Assembly (NCBI GenBank): GCA_963734535.1
Contig: CAVTHS010000013.1
Location: forward strand, 1-50,839
Length of the DNA stretch: 50,839 bases
From: an uncultured Chloroflexia bacterium
Lineage (GTDB): Bacteria > Chloroflexota > Limnocylindria > Limnocylindrales > CSP1-4
Direction of reading: 5' to 3'
Shown in pieces: positions 1 through 9,057 of this stretch (within the stretch, counting starts at the first letter, position 1; each line of letters begins with the position of its first letter). The notes under the pieces were generated by a model. The model made no database searches and was not told the origin of the DNA. It worked only from the letters and a program-made list of their open reading frames with translations. A program made the position numbers and the translations under genes.

Positions 1-11
1 GACCGACGTTC

Positions 12-506
12 ATGGGGAAGTTCAAGGAGAACGGCGTCGAGCTGCCCCCCGGCGAGTTCGGGATCCCGCCCGCCGATCCCTCGCGGCCGGTCCAGGCCCG
101 CCGCGGGAAGGGCAGGATCGTCGCCGAGGAGGCCCGCCAGGCCCCCGAGGCGTCCAAGCCCGGTGTCGGCTATGGCCGGGCGGTCAAGGCCGGGGGCATC
201 ATCTTCCTCTCTTCGATGGGACCCGTCGACCCCGAGACCGGCCGGGTGGTCGGCGAGTCGATCACGGCCCAGACGAGCCAGTGCCTGCGCAACGTGAAGG
301 CGAGGCTCGAGGCGGAGGGAAGCTCGCTGGGGAAGGTCGTCTGGGCGAACTGGTCGCTGCGGGACCCGGGGGAGTTCGACGCGTTCAATGCCGAATGGGC
401 GCGCTGGTTCCCCGGCGACGCGCCGGTCGGCCAGGGCACGCTGATGCCTGCGCTGCAGCGCCGCGCCGGTTTCCGAATCTCGATCGGCGTCATCGCCGAA
501 GGCTGA
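12..506 (+). CDS. Rid (YjgF/YER057c/UK114) family protein, apparently non-catalytic subtype
   Basis: YGRAVKAGGIIFLS..GPVDPETG..ITAQT.QCLRNV...LEAEGSSL..F..FNAEW..WF pattern; the usual P-A-R-x catalytic Arg is replaced by PVGQG. Confidence 0.8.
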   Translation: MGKFKENGVELPPGEFGIPPADPSRPVQARRGKGRIVAEEARQAPEASKPGVGYGRAVKAGGIIFLSSMGPVDPETGRVVGESITAQTSQCLRNVKARLEAEGSSLGKVVWANWSLRDPGEFDAFNAEWARWFPGDAPVGQGTLMPALQRRAGFRISIGVIAEG

Positions 507-573
507 GCGCGGCGGACCTGGACGGAGGCGGCCCGACGACACAGAGAACCGGTCTCGTGACCGGTGCTGCCTC

Positions 574-1101
574 CTACCAGTAGCGCGCAGTCGCCATCGC
601 GACAACGGCGACGACGATGAGCGCGAGCGCGACCTGCGCGAGCATCTTCAGGCGGGCCTGGACCCTCGCGAGATCCTCTACGACTGCAGGCGGGGGCGGG
701 CCCCCGGATGCTGCCCGCGATACGAGGTCGAGCAGCCTTCGCGCGTTCGGCCTCGTCCCGAACAGCCCGATCAGGAACGCCGCGATCGCCGCCAGCGCGC
801 CGATCGAGAGCGCGATGCCGAACCTGGACGAGGCAAAGGCTCCGAGCCCATCGAAGCCATTCGCGTCGCGCCAGTACATGAGGAGCCCCGCCACGACCGT
901 GGTCCCGCCGAGCGAGAGGAGCCAGGAAACGAGCTTCCGCCGGCCGAGCAGCTCCATCATGAAGGGGCCGGCCGCCGGGCCGATCGCTGCGGCGCTCGGC
1001 TGGATCAGGACGACGAACAGGAACACCGATCCGGCCCAGGCGACGCCGGCCCCGATGTGAAGCACCCGGAACACGAGCATGAAGATCGTCGCCTCGTCCA
1101 T
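574..1101 (-). CDS. Hypothetical integral membrane protein (4 TM; CopD/DUF2269-like)
   Basis: Four hydrophobic segments, FRVLHIGAGVAWAG motif, GGAGGGG SD before ATG 1101. Confidence 0.7.
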   Translation of the reverse strand: MDEATIFMLVFRVLHIGAGVAWAGSVFLFVVLIQPSAAAIGPAAGPFMMELLGRRKLVSWLLSLGGTTVVAGLLMYWRDANGFDGLGAFASSRFGIALSIGALAAIAAFLIGLFGTRPNARRLLDLVSRAASGGPPPPAVVEDLARVQARLKMLAQVALALIVVAVVAMATARYW

Positions 1102-1282
1102 GCGTCTCCCCCTCCGTGCGTTCCTGCGAATTCCCGCGCATGTTCCGCTGCCGGTGGGCCAGGGTCAAGGCCCAGGGATGCTGGGCGGGCCGCCGCCACG
1201 GGCGAAGGCGATACCGGCTGCGCGCCACCCCGCGTTTCGCGCGCGATGACGAGGTCCTCCAACCACGACCCGGTCGCGCGCG

Positions 1283-1312
1283 TTGACGCTCCCGCGAGGC
1301 TGGGTGTACCAT
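1283..1312 (+). promoter_or_regulatory. sigma70-type promoter for rrf2-sufC-sufS
   Basis: TTGACG (1283-1288), 18-bp spacer, TACCAT (1307-1312). Confidence 0.6.
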
Positions 1313-1335
1313 TTCCGACTGAAAAGGTCGGAATT
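1311..1335. promoter_or_regulatory. IscR/Rrf2-like operator, copy 1
   Basis: ATTTCCGACTGAAAAGGTCGGAATT; TTCCGAC-N7-GTCGGAA palindrome resembling the IscR type-1 consensus; overlaps the -10/TSS; second copy at 6340. Confidence 0.7.
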
Positions 1336-1419
1336 GAGCGCGCGCATGTCGCGCACAGCCGGCGCAGCCGCGACCGACGGGATCGACCTGGCCGTTGCGG
1401 CACCGCGAGGAGCAGAACC

Positions 1420-1920
1420 CTGAGCGTCCGAACGTTCCACGCCTCCGGTGCCATCTCGTTCAGCACGAAGGGCGAGTACGGCGTGCGAATGCTGGTCCAG
1501 CTTGCCCGCCGCTGGCGCCTCGAGTCGCCCGTGCCGGTTTCGCTCGCCGAGGTCGCGATCGACGAAGCGCTCCCGCGCGCCTACCTGGAGCAGCTGGCGA
1601 TCCCGCTCCGAGAGGCGGGCATCGTGGCCTCGACCCGCGGCGCGCGCGGGGGCTATGCGCTTGCGCGCGATCCCCGCGACATCACGCTGGGTGAGGCGCT
1701 CCGCGCCCTGGAGGGCCCGCTGGCGCCGATGATCTGCGCGTCCGAGGACCCGAATCATGTGCTCTGCGACCGCCTGGGCGCCTGCTCCGTGAACTCGCTC
1801 TGGGTGAAGGTCCGCGACGCCATCAGCGGCGTCCTCGAGACCACCACCCTTGCCGACCTCATCCCGGCGCCCCACCTCATCGAGCTCGGCATCCGCGAGC
1901 GAACCCCGGTCCCCGCCTGA
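1420..1920 (+). CDS. Rrf2 family (IscR-like) transcriptional regulator with three Cys
   Basis: FSTKGEYGVR..YLEQL...L..AGIV.STRGARGGY.LA HTH; C-x9-C-x5-C cluster; start uncertain, CTG 1420 follows a GAGGAG SD. Confidence 0.9.
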   Translation: MSVRTFHASGAISFSTKGEYGVRMLVQLARRWRLESPVPVSLAEVAIDEALPRAYLEQLAIPLREAGIVASTRGARGGYALARDPRDITLGEALRALEGPLAPMICASEDPNHVLCDRLGACSVNSLWVKVRDAISGVLETTTLADLIPAPHLIELGIRERTPVPA

Positions 1921-1969
1921 CAATGCGCGCGCACCGACCTGCCCACCAACCCAGGAGCCAAACCCGACC

Positions 1970-2827
1970 GTGAGCGACCAGTACCTCGAGATCCGCGACC
2001 TGCACGTGGCGCCCATCGCCGCCCCCGACACGGAGATCCTCCAGGGGATCGACCTGGTGATCGGGAAGGGTGAAGTCCACGCCATCATGGGCCCGAACGG
2101 GTCCGGCAAGACGACGCTTGCCTACGCCCTCATGGGTCATCCGGCCTACAAGATCACGAAGGGCGAGGTGACCTGGAAGGACCGCAACATCCTGGCGCTC
2201 TCCGCCGACAAGCGGGCCCGCCTGGGCATGTTCCTCGCATTTCAGAATCCGATCGCGGTCCCCGGGCTCTCGGTGGCCAGCTTCCTGCGCACCGCGCTGA
2301 ACGCGAAGCGGCAGGGCATCGACTCCAATCCGGACATCGACCCAACCGATCCGACCCGCGGCGGCATCGGCATGGGCGACTTCCGGCGGCTCATGCGCGC
2401 GAAGATGGCGATCCTCAAGATGGACGAAGCGTTCGCCATGCGGTACGTCAACGAGGGCTTCTCCGGCGGTGAGAAGAAGCGCCTGGAGATGCTCCAGATG
2501 GCGGTCCTCGAGCCCGAGATGGCGGTCCTCGACGAGACCGATTCCGGCCTGGACATCGACGCGCTGCGGATCGTGGCCGAGGGCGTCAACGCGATGCTCA
2601 ACCCGAACCTGGGCGTGCTGCTGATCACCCACTACCAGCGCCTGCTCAACTACATCAAGCCGGACCAGGTCCACGTCCTCGCCCGCGGCCGGATCATCAA
2701 GAGCGGCGGGAAGGACCTCGCCCTCCGGCTCGAGGAGGAAGGCTATGCGCCGGTCCTGCTCGAGGCCGGCTACGACGCCGACGAGACGGACGCCCCCGAG
2801 ATCGCCGAGCCGGCGGCGGCCCACTGA
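1970..2827 (+). CDS. sufC: Fe-S cluster assembly ATPase SufC
   Basis: GEVHAIMGPNGSGKTT, RYVNEGFSGGEKKR, LDETDSGLDIDAL, ITHYQRLL; GTG 1970 with AGGAG SD. Confidence 0.95.
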   Translation: MSDQYLEIRDLHVAPIAAPDTEILQGIDLVIGKGEVHAIMGPNGSGKTTLAYALMGHPAYKITKGEVTWKDRNILALSADKRARLGMFLAFQNPIAVPGLSVASFLRTALNAKRQGIDSNPDIDPTDPTRGGIGMGDFRRLMRAKMAILKMDEAFAMRYVNEGFSGGEKKRLEMLQMAVLEPEMAVLDETDSGLDIDALRIVAEGVNAMLNPNLGVLLITHYQRLLNYIKPDQVHVLARGRIIKSGGKDLALRLEEEGYAPVLLEAGYDADETDAPEIAEPAAAH

Positions 2828-2831
2828 CGCC

Positions 2832-4174
2832 ATGACGGACCTCGCAACGGGCCCGACAACCACGGCACCCGCCGCGCCCGCGCATGCGCCTGCCGCGCCC
2901 GCGCCGCGCCTGCCGCGCCCGCGCCCGCGCGCGCCGATCCGCGCGGTCCGCTCGACGCGCGGACCCTCGCCGCCCAGTTCCCGATCCTGGCCCAGCGGCC
3001 GCACGGCAAGCGGCTCGTCTACCTCGACTCCGCCGCCACGAGCCAGAAGCCACTGGCCGTGATCGACGCGATGGACGCCTACTACCGCGAGTACAACGCG
3101 AACGTCCACCGCGCCATCTACGAGATCGGGGAGCGGGCGACGCAGGAGTACGAGGCCGCTCGCGTCAAGGTCGCCCGCCTCATCAACGCGCCGGCCGCCC
3201 ACGAGATCGTGTGGACCCGCAATGCGACGGAGGCCGTGAACCTGGTTGCCTACAGCTGGGGTCGGCGCAACATCGGGCCCGGCGACGCGATCGTGCTCAC
3301 CGAGATGGAGCACCACGCGAACCTCGTCCCCTGGCAGATCCTGGCCCAGGAGGTGGACGGCGACCTGGAGTTCATCCCGATCACCGATGACGGCCTGCTT
3401 CGCCTCGACGTGTTCGAGGTGCTCCTCCGGCTCCGCCCGAAGCTCGTCGCGTTCACCCACGTCTCGAACACGCTGGGAACGATCAACCCGGTCCGCGAGA
3501 TGGTCGAGATGGCCCACGCGGCAGGTGCGCTCGTCCTTGTCGACGGCGCCCAGGCCGTGCCCCACCTCCCGGTCGACGTCCAGGCGCTGGGCGCCGACTT
3601 CTATGTCTTCTCCGGGCACAAGATGCTTGGCCCGACCGGGTCGGGCGTCCTCTGGGGCCGGCGCGCGCTGCTCGATGCGATGCCCCCGTTCATGGCCGGC
3701 GGCGACATGATCCGCGAGGTCAAGCTGCGCCGATCGGAGTACAACGACGTCCCCTGGAAGTTCGAGGCCGGCACGCCGGACATCAGCGCGGCGATCGGCC
3801 TCGGCGTCGCGGCGGACTACCTGCGCGACCTGGGCATGGATCGGGTCCGTGAGCACGAGCGCGAGCTGGTGGCCTACGCCCTCGACATGCTGCCCCGGGA
3901 GGTCCCGGGCATTGCCCTCTACGGGCCGTCGGCCGACCTTCGCGGCGGCGTGATCGCGTTCAACCTGCCCGCGATCCACCCGCACGATGTCGCCCAGATC
4001 CTGGATCGATCCGGCGTCTGCGTCCGGGCCGGCCACCACTGCACGATGCCGCTCCACGAGCGCCTGGACCTGGCCGCGACCGCGCGCGCCAGCTTCTCCG
4101 TGTTCACGACCCGGGACGACATCGATGCCCTCGCGGCCGGCCTCCGGGAGGTCCAGCGGGTATTCGGGGGATAG
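2832..4174 (+). CDS. sufS: Cysteine desulfurase SufS (1-bp frameshift near 2905 in Ala/Pro-rich leader, probable sequencing error)
   Basis: LVYLDSAATSQKP (upstream of the ORF-track start), SGHKM PLP Lys, RAGHHC type II active Cys; ATG 2832 is out of frame by one missing C in the repeat gcgcctgccgcgcccgcgcc(c). Confidence 0.93.
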
Positions 4175-4237
4175 CTCCGCTCGACCGGGACGCGGACGCC
4201 CGGCGTTCGAGCGTCGGCGCCGACCAACGCCTCGGAC

Positions 4238-4906
4238 TCAGGCCGGCAGCGTCACTCCGAGCTCGTCGAGCGAGTCCATCAGCTCCTGGGCGTCACGGTA
4301 GACGCGGAACGCACCCGCCTGGATCAGCTCGTCCTCGCCATATCCGCCGCTCAGGAGACCCACGCTGAGCATCCCCGCGCGACGGGCGGCGAGCAGGTCC
4401 CAGACCGCGTCGCCCACGACGTAGCAGTCCTCGCGTCGCACGCCCATCCTCTCCTGGCAGGCGAGGAAGAGGTCCGGCTCCGGCTTGGCACGCAGGACGT
4501 CGCCGCGGTCGATGACGACGACGCCGGGCGGCACGCCGAGCACGTTGATGGAGGCATCGATCTCCGGGTGCACCCCCGACGTGGCGATGCCGAACGGCAC
4601 GCCGCCAGCGTGGAGCCGTCGAAGGAGCTCGCGAGCACCCGTCAGCGGCCGCCGGACGGGAAGAAGCTGCAGGTAGAGCTCCCCGTGACGCCGCGTCAGC
4701 CGCTCCTGCTCCTCCACCGTGAGTGGCCGCCCGATCTCTCGCGCAACCGCCCGGGTGAAGAGTCCGCCGCTCATGCCGATCCGGCGGTGGATGCGCCAGC
4801 CGTCGATGACGAAGCCGCTTTCCTCGAACGCCTGTTGCCAGGCGACGACGTGGGCATACACGGTGTCGACCAGGGTGCCGTCGAGGTCGAAGATGAAGGC
4901 GCGCAT
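4238..4906 (-). CDS. HAD-superfamily hydrolase (phosphatase)
   Basis: FDLDGTL motif I, ATSG motif II, KPEPD and VVGD..WD motifs III/IV. Confidence 0.9.
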   Translation of the reverse strand: MRAFIFDLDGTLVDTVYAHVVAWQQAFEESGFVIDGWRIHRRIGMSGGLFTRAVAREIGRPLTVEEQERLTRRHGELYLQLLPVRRPLTGARELLRRLHAGGVPFGIATSGVHPEIDASINVLGVPPGVVVIDRGDVLRAKPEPDLFLACQERMGVRREDCYVVGDAVWDLLAARRAGMLSVGLLSGGYGEDELIQAGAFRVYRDAQELMDSLDELGVTLPA

Positions 4907-5033
4907 CAGGCCGATTCTGGCATGCGCCCGGTGAGACGCGCGCGCCGGGTCCACCGCGCGCCCCGCGTGCCGGCCCGGCCACGTCGCGTCGACCCCATCG
5001 CCCCGTCAGCGGCGCGAGCCCGCACGCGCCGTG

Positions 5034-6128
5034 TCATCGCGAGACGCGCGCGGTGCCGCCCTTCATCACCCGCTCCACCTCAGCCAGGGTGACCATCGAC
5101 GTATCCCCGGGCGTCGTCATTGCGAGCGCACCGTGGGCCGCCCCGTATTCGACGGCGGCCTGGGGGCCCTTGCCGGCCAGGAGCCCGTAGACCAGTCCGG
5201 CTGCGAACGAGTCCCCACCCCCGACCCGATCGAGGATCTCCAGGTCCAGGCGGTTCGGCGCCACGTGGAGCTGCCCGTCCGACCAGCAGACCGCACCCCA
5301 GTTGTTCCGGCTGGCCGTCCTCGCGTTGCGGAGCGTCGTGGCCACCACCGAGAGGTCCGGGTAGTCCCCGACGACCGCCTCGATCATCCTCCCGAAACCG
5401 GCAGGGTCGAGCGCAGAAAGGTCAGCGTCCTGGTCCGGCACCGGGTAGCCGAGGGCCGCCGTGAAGTCCTCCTCGTTGCCGATCAGGACGTCCACCAGCC
5501 CGACCAGCTTCCGGTTGACCTCGTGCGCCCGCGCGGGGCCGCCGACACCGCTCCACAGCGAGGCGCGGTAGTTGAGGTCGTACGACACGATGACCTCGTG
5601 GCGGTGCGCGGCGTCCATCGCCTCCCGGGCGACGTCGGGCGTCGTCTCGGACAGTGCCGCGAAGATTCCGCCCGTGTGGAACCATCGCGCGCCTTCGCCG
5701 CCGAAGATCGCGTCCCAGTCGATCGCCCCGGGCCGCAGCTGGGACACGGCGGTGTTGCCGCGATCCGAGCACCCCAGGGCGGCGCGGACCCCGAATCCAC
5801 GCTCCGTGAAGTTGAGCCCGTTGCGAACGACGCGCCCGACGCCGTCGTAGGGGACCCACGAGACGTGGGACAGGTCCACGCCGCCCTGGAGCATCAGGTC
5901 CTCGATCAGCCGTCCGATCGGGTTGTCCGCGAGCGCCGTGACGATCGTGCTCCGGAGCCCGAAGCAGCGTCGGAGACCCCGCGCCACGTTGTACTCGCCG
6001 CCGCCCTCCCAGGCACGGAAGCCGCGCGCCGTCGAGATGCGCCCCTCACCCGGGTCGAGGCGAAGCATCACCTCGCCGAGCGAGACGACGTCCCACCGCG
6101 CCGTATCCACCGGGCGGATCGCACGCAT
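5034..6128 (-). CDS. kdgK: PfkB sugar kinase, 2-keto-3-deoxygluconate kinase type
   Basis: SLGEVMLRLDP, GGGEYNVA, SYDLNYR.SLW, DRVGGGDSF; GGAGG SD before ATG 6128. Confidence 0.85.
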   Translation of the reverse strand: MRAIRPVDTARWDVVSLGEVMLRLDPGEGRISTARGFRAWEGGGEYNVARGLRRCFGLRSTIVTALADNPIGRLIEDLMLQGGVDLSHVSWVPYDGVGRVVRNGLNFTERGFGVRAALGCSDRGNTAVSQLRPGAIDWDAIFGGEGARWFHTGGIFAALSETTPDVAREAMDAAHRHEVIVSYDLNYRASLWSGVGGPARAHEVNRKLVGLVDVLIGNEEDFTAALGYPVPDQDADLSALDPAGFGRMIEAVVGDYPDLSVVATTLRNARTASRNNWGAVCWSDGQLHVAPNRLDLEILDRVGGGDSFAAGLVYGLLAGKGPQAAVEYGAAHGALAMTTPGDTSMVTLAEVERVMKGGTARVSR

Positions 6129-6339
6129 CGACCACCTCCCTCTTCCGCCGCGATGCGGCGAAGCCTCCCGGACCCGCGGCCCGCTCGCCGAGCAACCGCG
6201 CCTTGACGCCACGGCCGCCGCCACCCGCTCTGACGTCGCGGTCGCCGCACCGCGCCAAGTTTGCGCTCGATGTTGCCCGAGCCGGCGAACCAGTATCGCG
6301 TCTCCGCGGACCTGACGGACTCGAATGCAGCGAGGGCCG

Positions 6340-6364
6340 AATCCCGACTCGATCGGTCGGAATT
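6340..6364. promoter_or_regulatory. IscR/Rrf2-like operator, copy 2 (upstream of sufU-moeZ-JAMM)
   Basis: AATCCCGACTCGATCGGTCGGAATT, same CCGAC-N7-GTCGG core and GGTCGGAATT arm as 1311-1335; TAGACT -10 at 6388-6393. Confidence 0.7.
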
Positions 6365-6402
6365 GGGCCCGATTCGAGCGGCCGCGCTAGACTTCACGCT
6401 CC

Positions 6403-6843
6403 ATGGACGACCTCTACCGCGACTACATCCTCGAGCACTACCGGCACCCCCACAACTTCGGGATCATCGAGGCCCCGGACGCGCGCTACGAGGGCGCCAA
6501 CCCGCTCTGCGGCGATCGGATCACGATGATGCTCGGGATCCGCGACGGGATCGTCGCCGACGTCGCGTTCACCGGCCGCGGCTGCGCGATCAGCCAGGCG
6601 TCGGCCAGCCTGCTCACGGACGAGATCAAGGGCAAGCCGGTCGACGAGGTCGCGAGGATCACGCCGGCAGACGTGCTGGACCTCCTGGGCATCGAGATCA
6701 GCCCGGCGCGGCTCAAGTGCGCGCTGCTGAGCCTGGACACCGTCAGCCACGCGCTCGAGGAGCGTGGGGGCCCGGCCGCTGGCGCAGCCGCAGATCCGGC
6801 GGCCGGCACGGTGCCGGGCCCCGTCGCGCCGGCCGAGGCCTGA
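6403..6843 (+). CDS. sufU: SUF system NifU/SufU sulfur-transfer/scaffold protein
   Basis: LYRDYILEHY..PHN, NPLCGD, GCAISQASAS, RLKCALL; no IscU LPPVK motif. Confidence 0.9.
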   Translation: MDDLYRDYILEHYRHPHNFGIIEAPDARYEGANPLCGDRITMMLGIRDGIVADVAFTGRGCAISQASASLLTDEIKGKPVDEVARITPADVLDLLGIEISPARLKCALLSLDTVSHALEERGGPAAGAAADPAAGTVPGPVAPAEA

Positions 6844-6862
6844 CCCGCGAGACCGGGCGCCC

Positions 6863-8062
6863 ATGACCACCTCCTACGCCGACCGGTTTCGCGAGGCGCG
6901 CGCAGCAGTCCGGGAGGTGACGCCGCGGCAGGCCGATGCGCTTCGCCGCGACCCGGCCACGCTGTTCATCGATGTCCGCGAGGCGGACGAGTGGGAGCGC
7001 GGACACGTCCCGGAGGCGGTGCACGTCCCGAAGAGCCACCTCGAGCAGGAGATCGAGACGCAGGCCCCGGACCGCACGCGGCCCGTCGTCCTCTACTGCG
7101 CAGGCGGCGTCCGCTCGGTGTTCGCGGCCCGGTCCCTCCAGGAGATGGGCTATGCCGACGTCGTCTCCATGTCCGGCGGATTCACCGAATGGACCGCCCT
7201 GGGCCTCCCGGCCGTGCTGCCGGCCGGCCTGACTGCGGAGCAACGCCGCCGCTACAGCCGTCATCTCCTCATGCCGGAGATCGGGCCCGAGGGGCAGGCG
7301 ACGCTGCTCCGATCGAAGGTGCTGCTCGTGGGCGCGGGCGGGCTCGGTTCGCCGGCCGCCCTGTACCTGGCCGCCGCCGGGGTCGGCACGCTCGGGGTCG
7401 TCGACTTCGACGTCGTCGACGTCAGCAACCTCCAGCGCCAGGTCCTCCACTCGACGGCCCGGCTCGGCCTGAAGAAGACCGTTTCCGCCGAGGTGGCGAT
7501 CCGTGACCTGAACCCGGATGTCGAGGTGGTCGGGCACGACGAGGCGCTGGGCCCGGCAAACGTGGAGCGCCTCATCGCCGGTTACGACGTGATCGTGGAC
7601 GGCACGGACACGTTCGAGACGCGCTACACGCTCAACGACGCGGCCGTCGCGGCGAGCATCCCCGTCGTCCATGCGTCCGTCTTCCGTTTCGAAGGGCAGC
7701 TGACCACGTTCGTCCCGTTCGCCGGCCCGTGCTACCGGTGTCTCCATCCGGTCCCGCCCCCGCCGGAGCTCGCGCCGGGCTGCTCGGTGACCGGCGTGCT
7801 GGGTGTCGTGCCGGGGACCATGGGGCTCCTCCAGGCGACCGAGGCGCTCAAGCTCCTCCTCGGGATCGGCGAGACGCTGGCCGGGCGGCTGGTGCTCTTC
7901 GATGCGCTCGATCTGACCTTCACGGAGCTGCGGATCCGGCGCGACCCGGCCTGCCCGGTCTGCTCCGACGCGGCCGTCGAGGCGCGGGCGGCGGGGCGGC
8001 CGTTGCCGATCCCCGCGGGTGCCACCTGCCGCGGGCGTGTCGGCCGTGACGGGGTTCGCTGA
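6863..8062 (+). CDS. moeZ: Rhodanese-MoeB/ThiF fusion (MoeZ-like sulfur-carrier adenylyltransferase/sulfurtransferase)
   Basis: N-terminal rhodanese (IDVRE..EW..GH.P.A, YCAGGVRS); RYSRH, VGAGGLGSP, SNLQRQ, CYRC and CPVC; the tail may extend to 8114 if a G in 8017-8019 is an error. Confidence 0.9.
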   Translation: MTTSYADRFREARAAVREVTPRQADALRRDPATLFIDVREADEWERGHVPEAVHVPKSHLEQEIETQAPDRTRPVVLYCAGGVRSVFAARSLQEMGYADVVSMSGGFTEWTALGLPAVLPAGLTAEQRRRYSRHLLMPEIGPEGQATLLRSKVLLVGAGGLGSPAALYLAAAGVGTLGVVDFDVVDVSNLQRQVLHSTARLGLKKTVSAEVAIRDLNPDVEVVGHDEALGPANVERLIAGYDVIVDGTDTFETRYTLNDAAVAASIPVVHASVFRFEGQLTTFVPFAGPCYRCLHPVPPPPELAPGCSVTGVLGVVPGTMGLLQATEALKLLLGIGETLAGRLVLFDALDLTFTELRIRRDPACPVCSDAAVEARAAGRPLPIPAGATCRGRVGRDGVR

Positions 8063-8097
8063 CGAGGGCCTCGTGTTCCCGTTCCCGGCGCCGCCGC

Positions 8098-8177
8098 GGG
8101 AGATCATCGCCTGAGCGCCGAGCCGCCGCTGAGCGCCGGGAGATGATCGCCTGAGCGCCGAGCCGCCGGTGAGCGCC
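8098..8177 (+). repeat. 40-bp tandem duplication (2 copies) at the moeZ/JAMM junction
   Basis: gggagat(c/g)atcgcctgagcgccgagccgccg(c/g)tgagcgcc at 8098 and 8138. Confidence 0.85.
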
Positions 8178-8657
8178 GAGCCGCCGGCACACCGGGTTCC
8201 CGGCGCGATCCATCCGGGCCCAGCTCGCGCCCGCCTTCCCCGCGAGATCCGCGACATGCTCGTCGCCCATGCCCGGGCCGAGTCTCCGAACGAGGCCTGC
8301 GGGCTCATCGCCGGCACGGCGGCGATCGCCGCCGATGGCGTTGCGACGCGATGGCTTCCCGCGCGCAATCGCGCCGCATCGCCTCTTCGCTACGAGATCC
8401 ACCCGGACGATCTCATCCGTGCCGTGCTGGCGCTCGACGACGCGGGCGAGTCGATCTGGGCGATCGTGCATTCCCACGTCCGGTCGCCGGCCCGCCCATC
8501 GCCGACCGACGTGAGCCTCGCCTTCTACCCGGATGCGCTCTACGTGCTGGTCTCGATCAGCCCGGCCGAGGCCGACGCGGCGGCCGGCGCGGAGAGCGTC
8601 CGCGCCTGGCGCATCGTCGACGGGCAGGTCTTCGAGGTGGCGCTGGACGTCATCTGA
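8169..8657 (+). CDS. JAB/Mov34 (M67, Mec-like) metallopeptidase
   Basis: PNEACGL and HSH-x7-S-x2-D (HSHVRSPARPSPTD) JAMM motif. Confidence 0.9.
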   Translation: MSAEPPAHRVPGAIHPGPARARLPREIRDMLVAHARAESPNEACGLIAGTAAIAADGVATRWLPARNRAASPLRYEIHPDDLIRAVLALDDAGESIWAIVHSHVRSPARPSPTDVSLAFYPDALYVLVSISPAEADAAAGAESVRAWRIVDGQVFEVALDVI

Positions 8658-8729
8658 GCGCGGCGCAGAGCTACTGCGACCGCTCCGTCCCGGACTCGTG
8701 GGGACCGCCGGCCACCTGCCGCCGTCCGC

Positions 8730-8947
8730 GCGGATTCGCACGTGAAGTCAACACCGAGGGCGCCAGCCCGACGCTGGACCCTCACGTTCGTGCGGCCGCC
8801 ACGATCTGGCGGAGGCTCGACGCGCGCGCTGAGCACGGAAACCGCGCCCCGTGAGCGCGCGGCGCGCGCCCGAAGGCGCACCGACCGACCGCGCACGCTC
8901 CAGCGGCCCCGGCGGGCGGCCGGTGTTGACTTGACGTGCAATTCCGC
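8730..8947. repeat. ~218-bp non-coding element bounded by 27-bp imperfect inverted repeats (MITE-like candidate)
   Basis: GCGGATTCGCACGTGAAGTCAACACCG (8730-8756) versus CGGTGTTGACTTGACGTGCAATTCCGC (8921-8947), 3 mismatches; between convergent genes. Confidence 0.55.
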
Positions 8948-9057
8948 AGGGTTCGTGGGAGGCCGGCCTCCCGACGCGGCCGGCGACGCGGGCCCGGCGT
9001 CGCGGCCACGATCCCGCGCGCCCGAGGTCGCGGCCACGATCGCACGCCTCGACCCGC

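Noticed and set aside
2828-3058. Programmed frameshift or sufC-sufS stop-codon readthrough fusion (both in the same frame)
   Set aside because: An ATG at 2832 plus a single missing C in a repeat explains it more simply; no slippery heptamer seen
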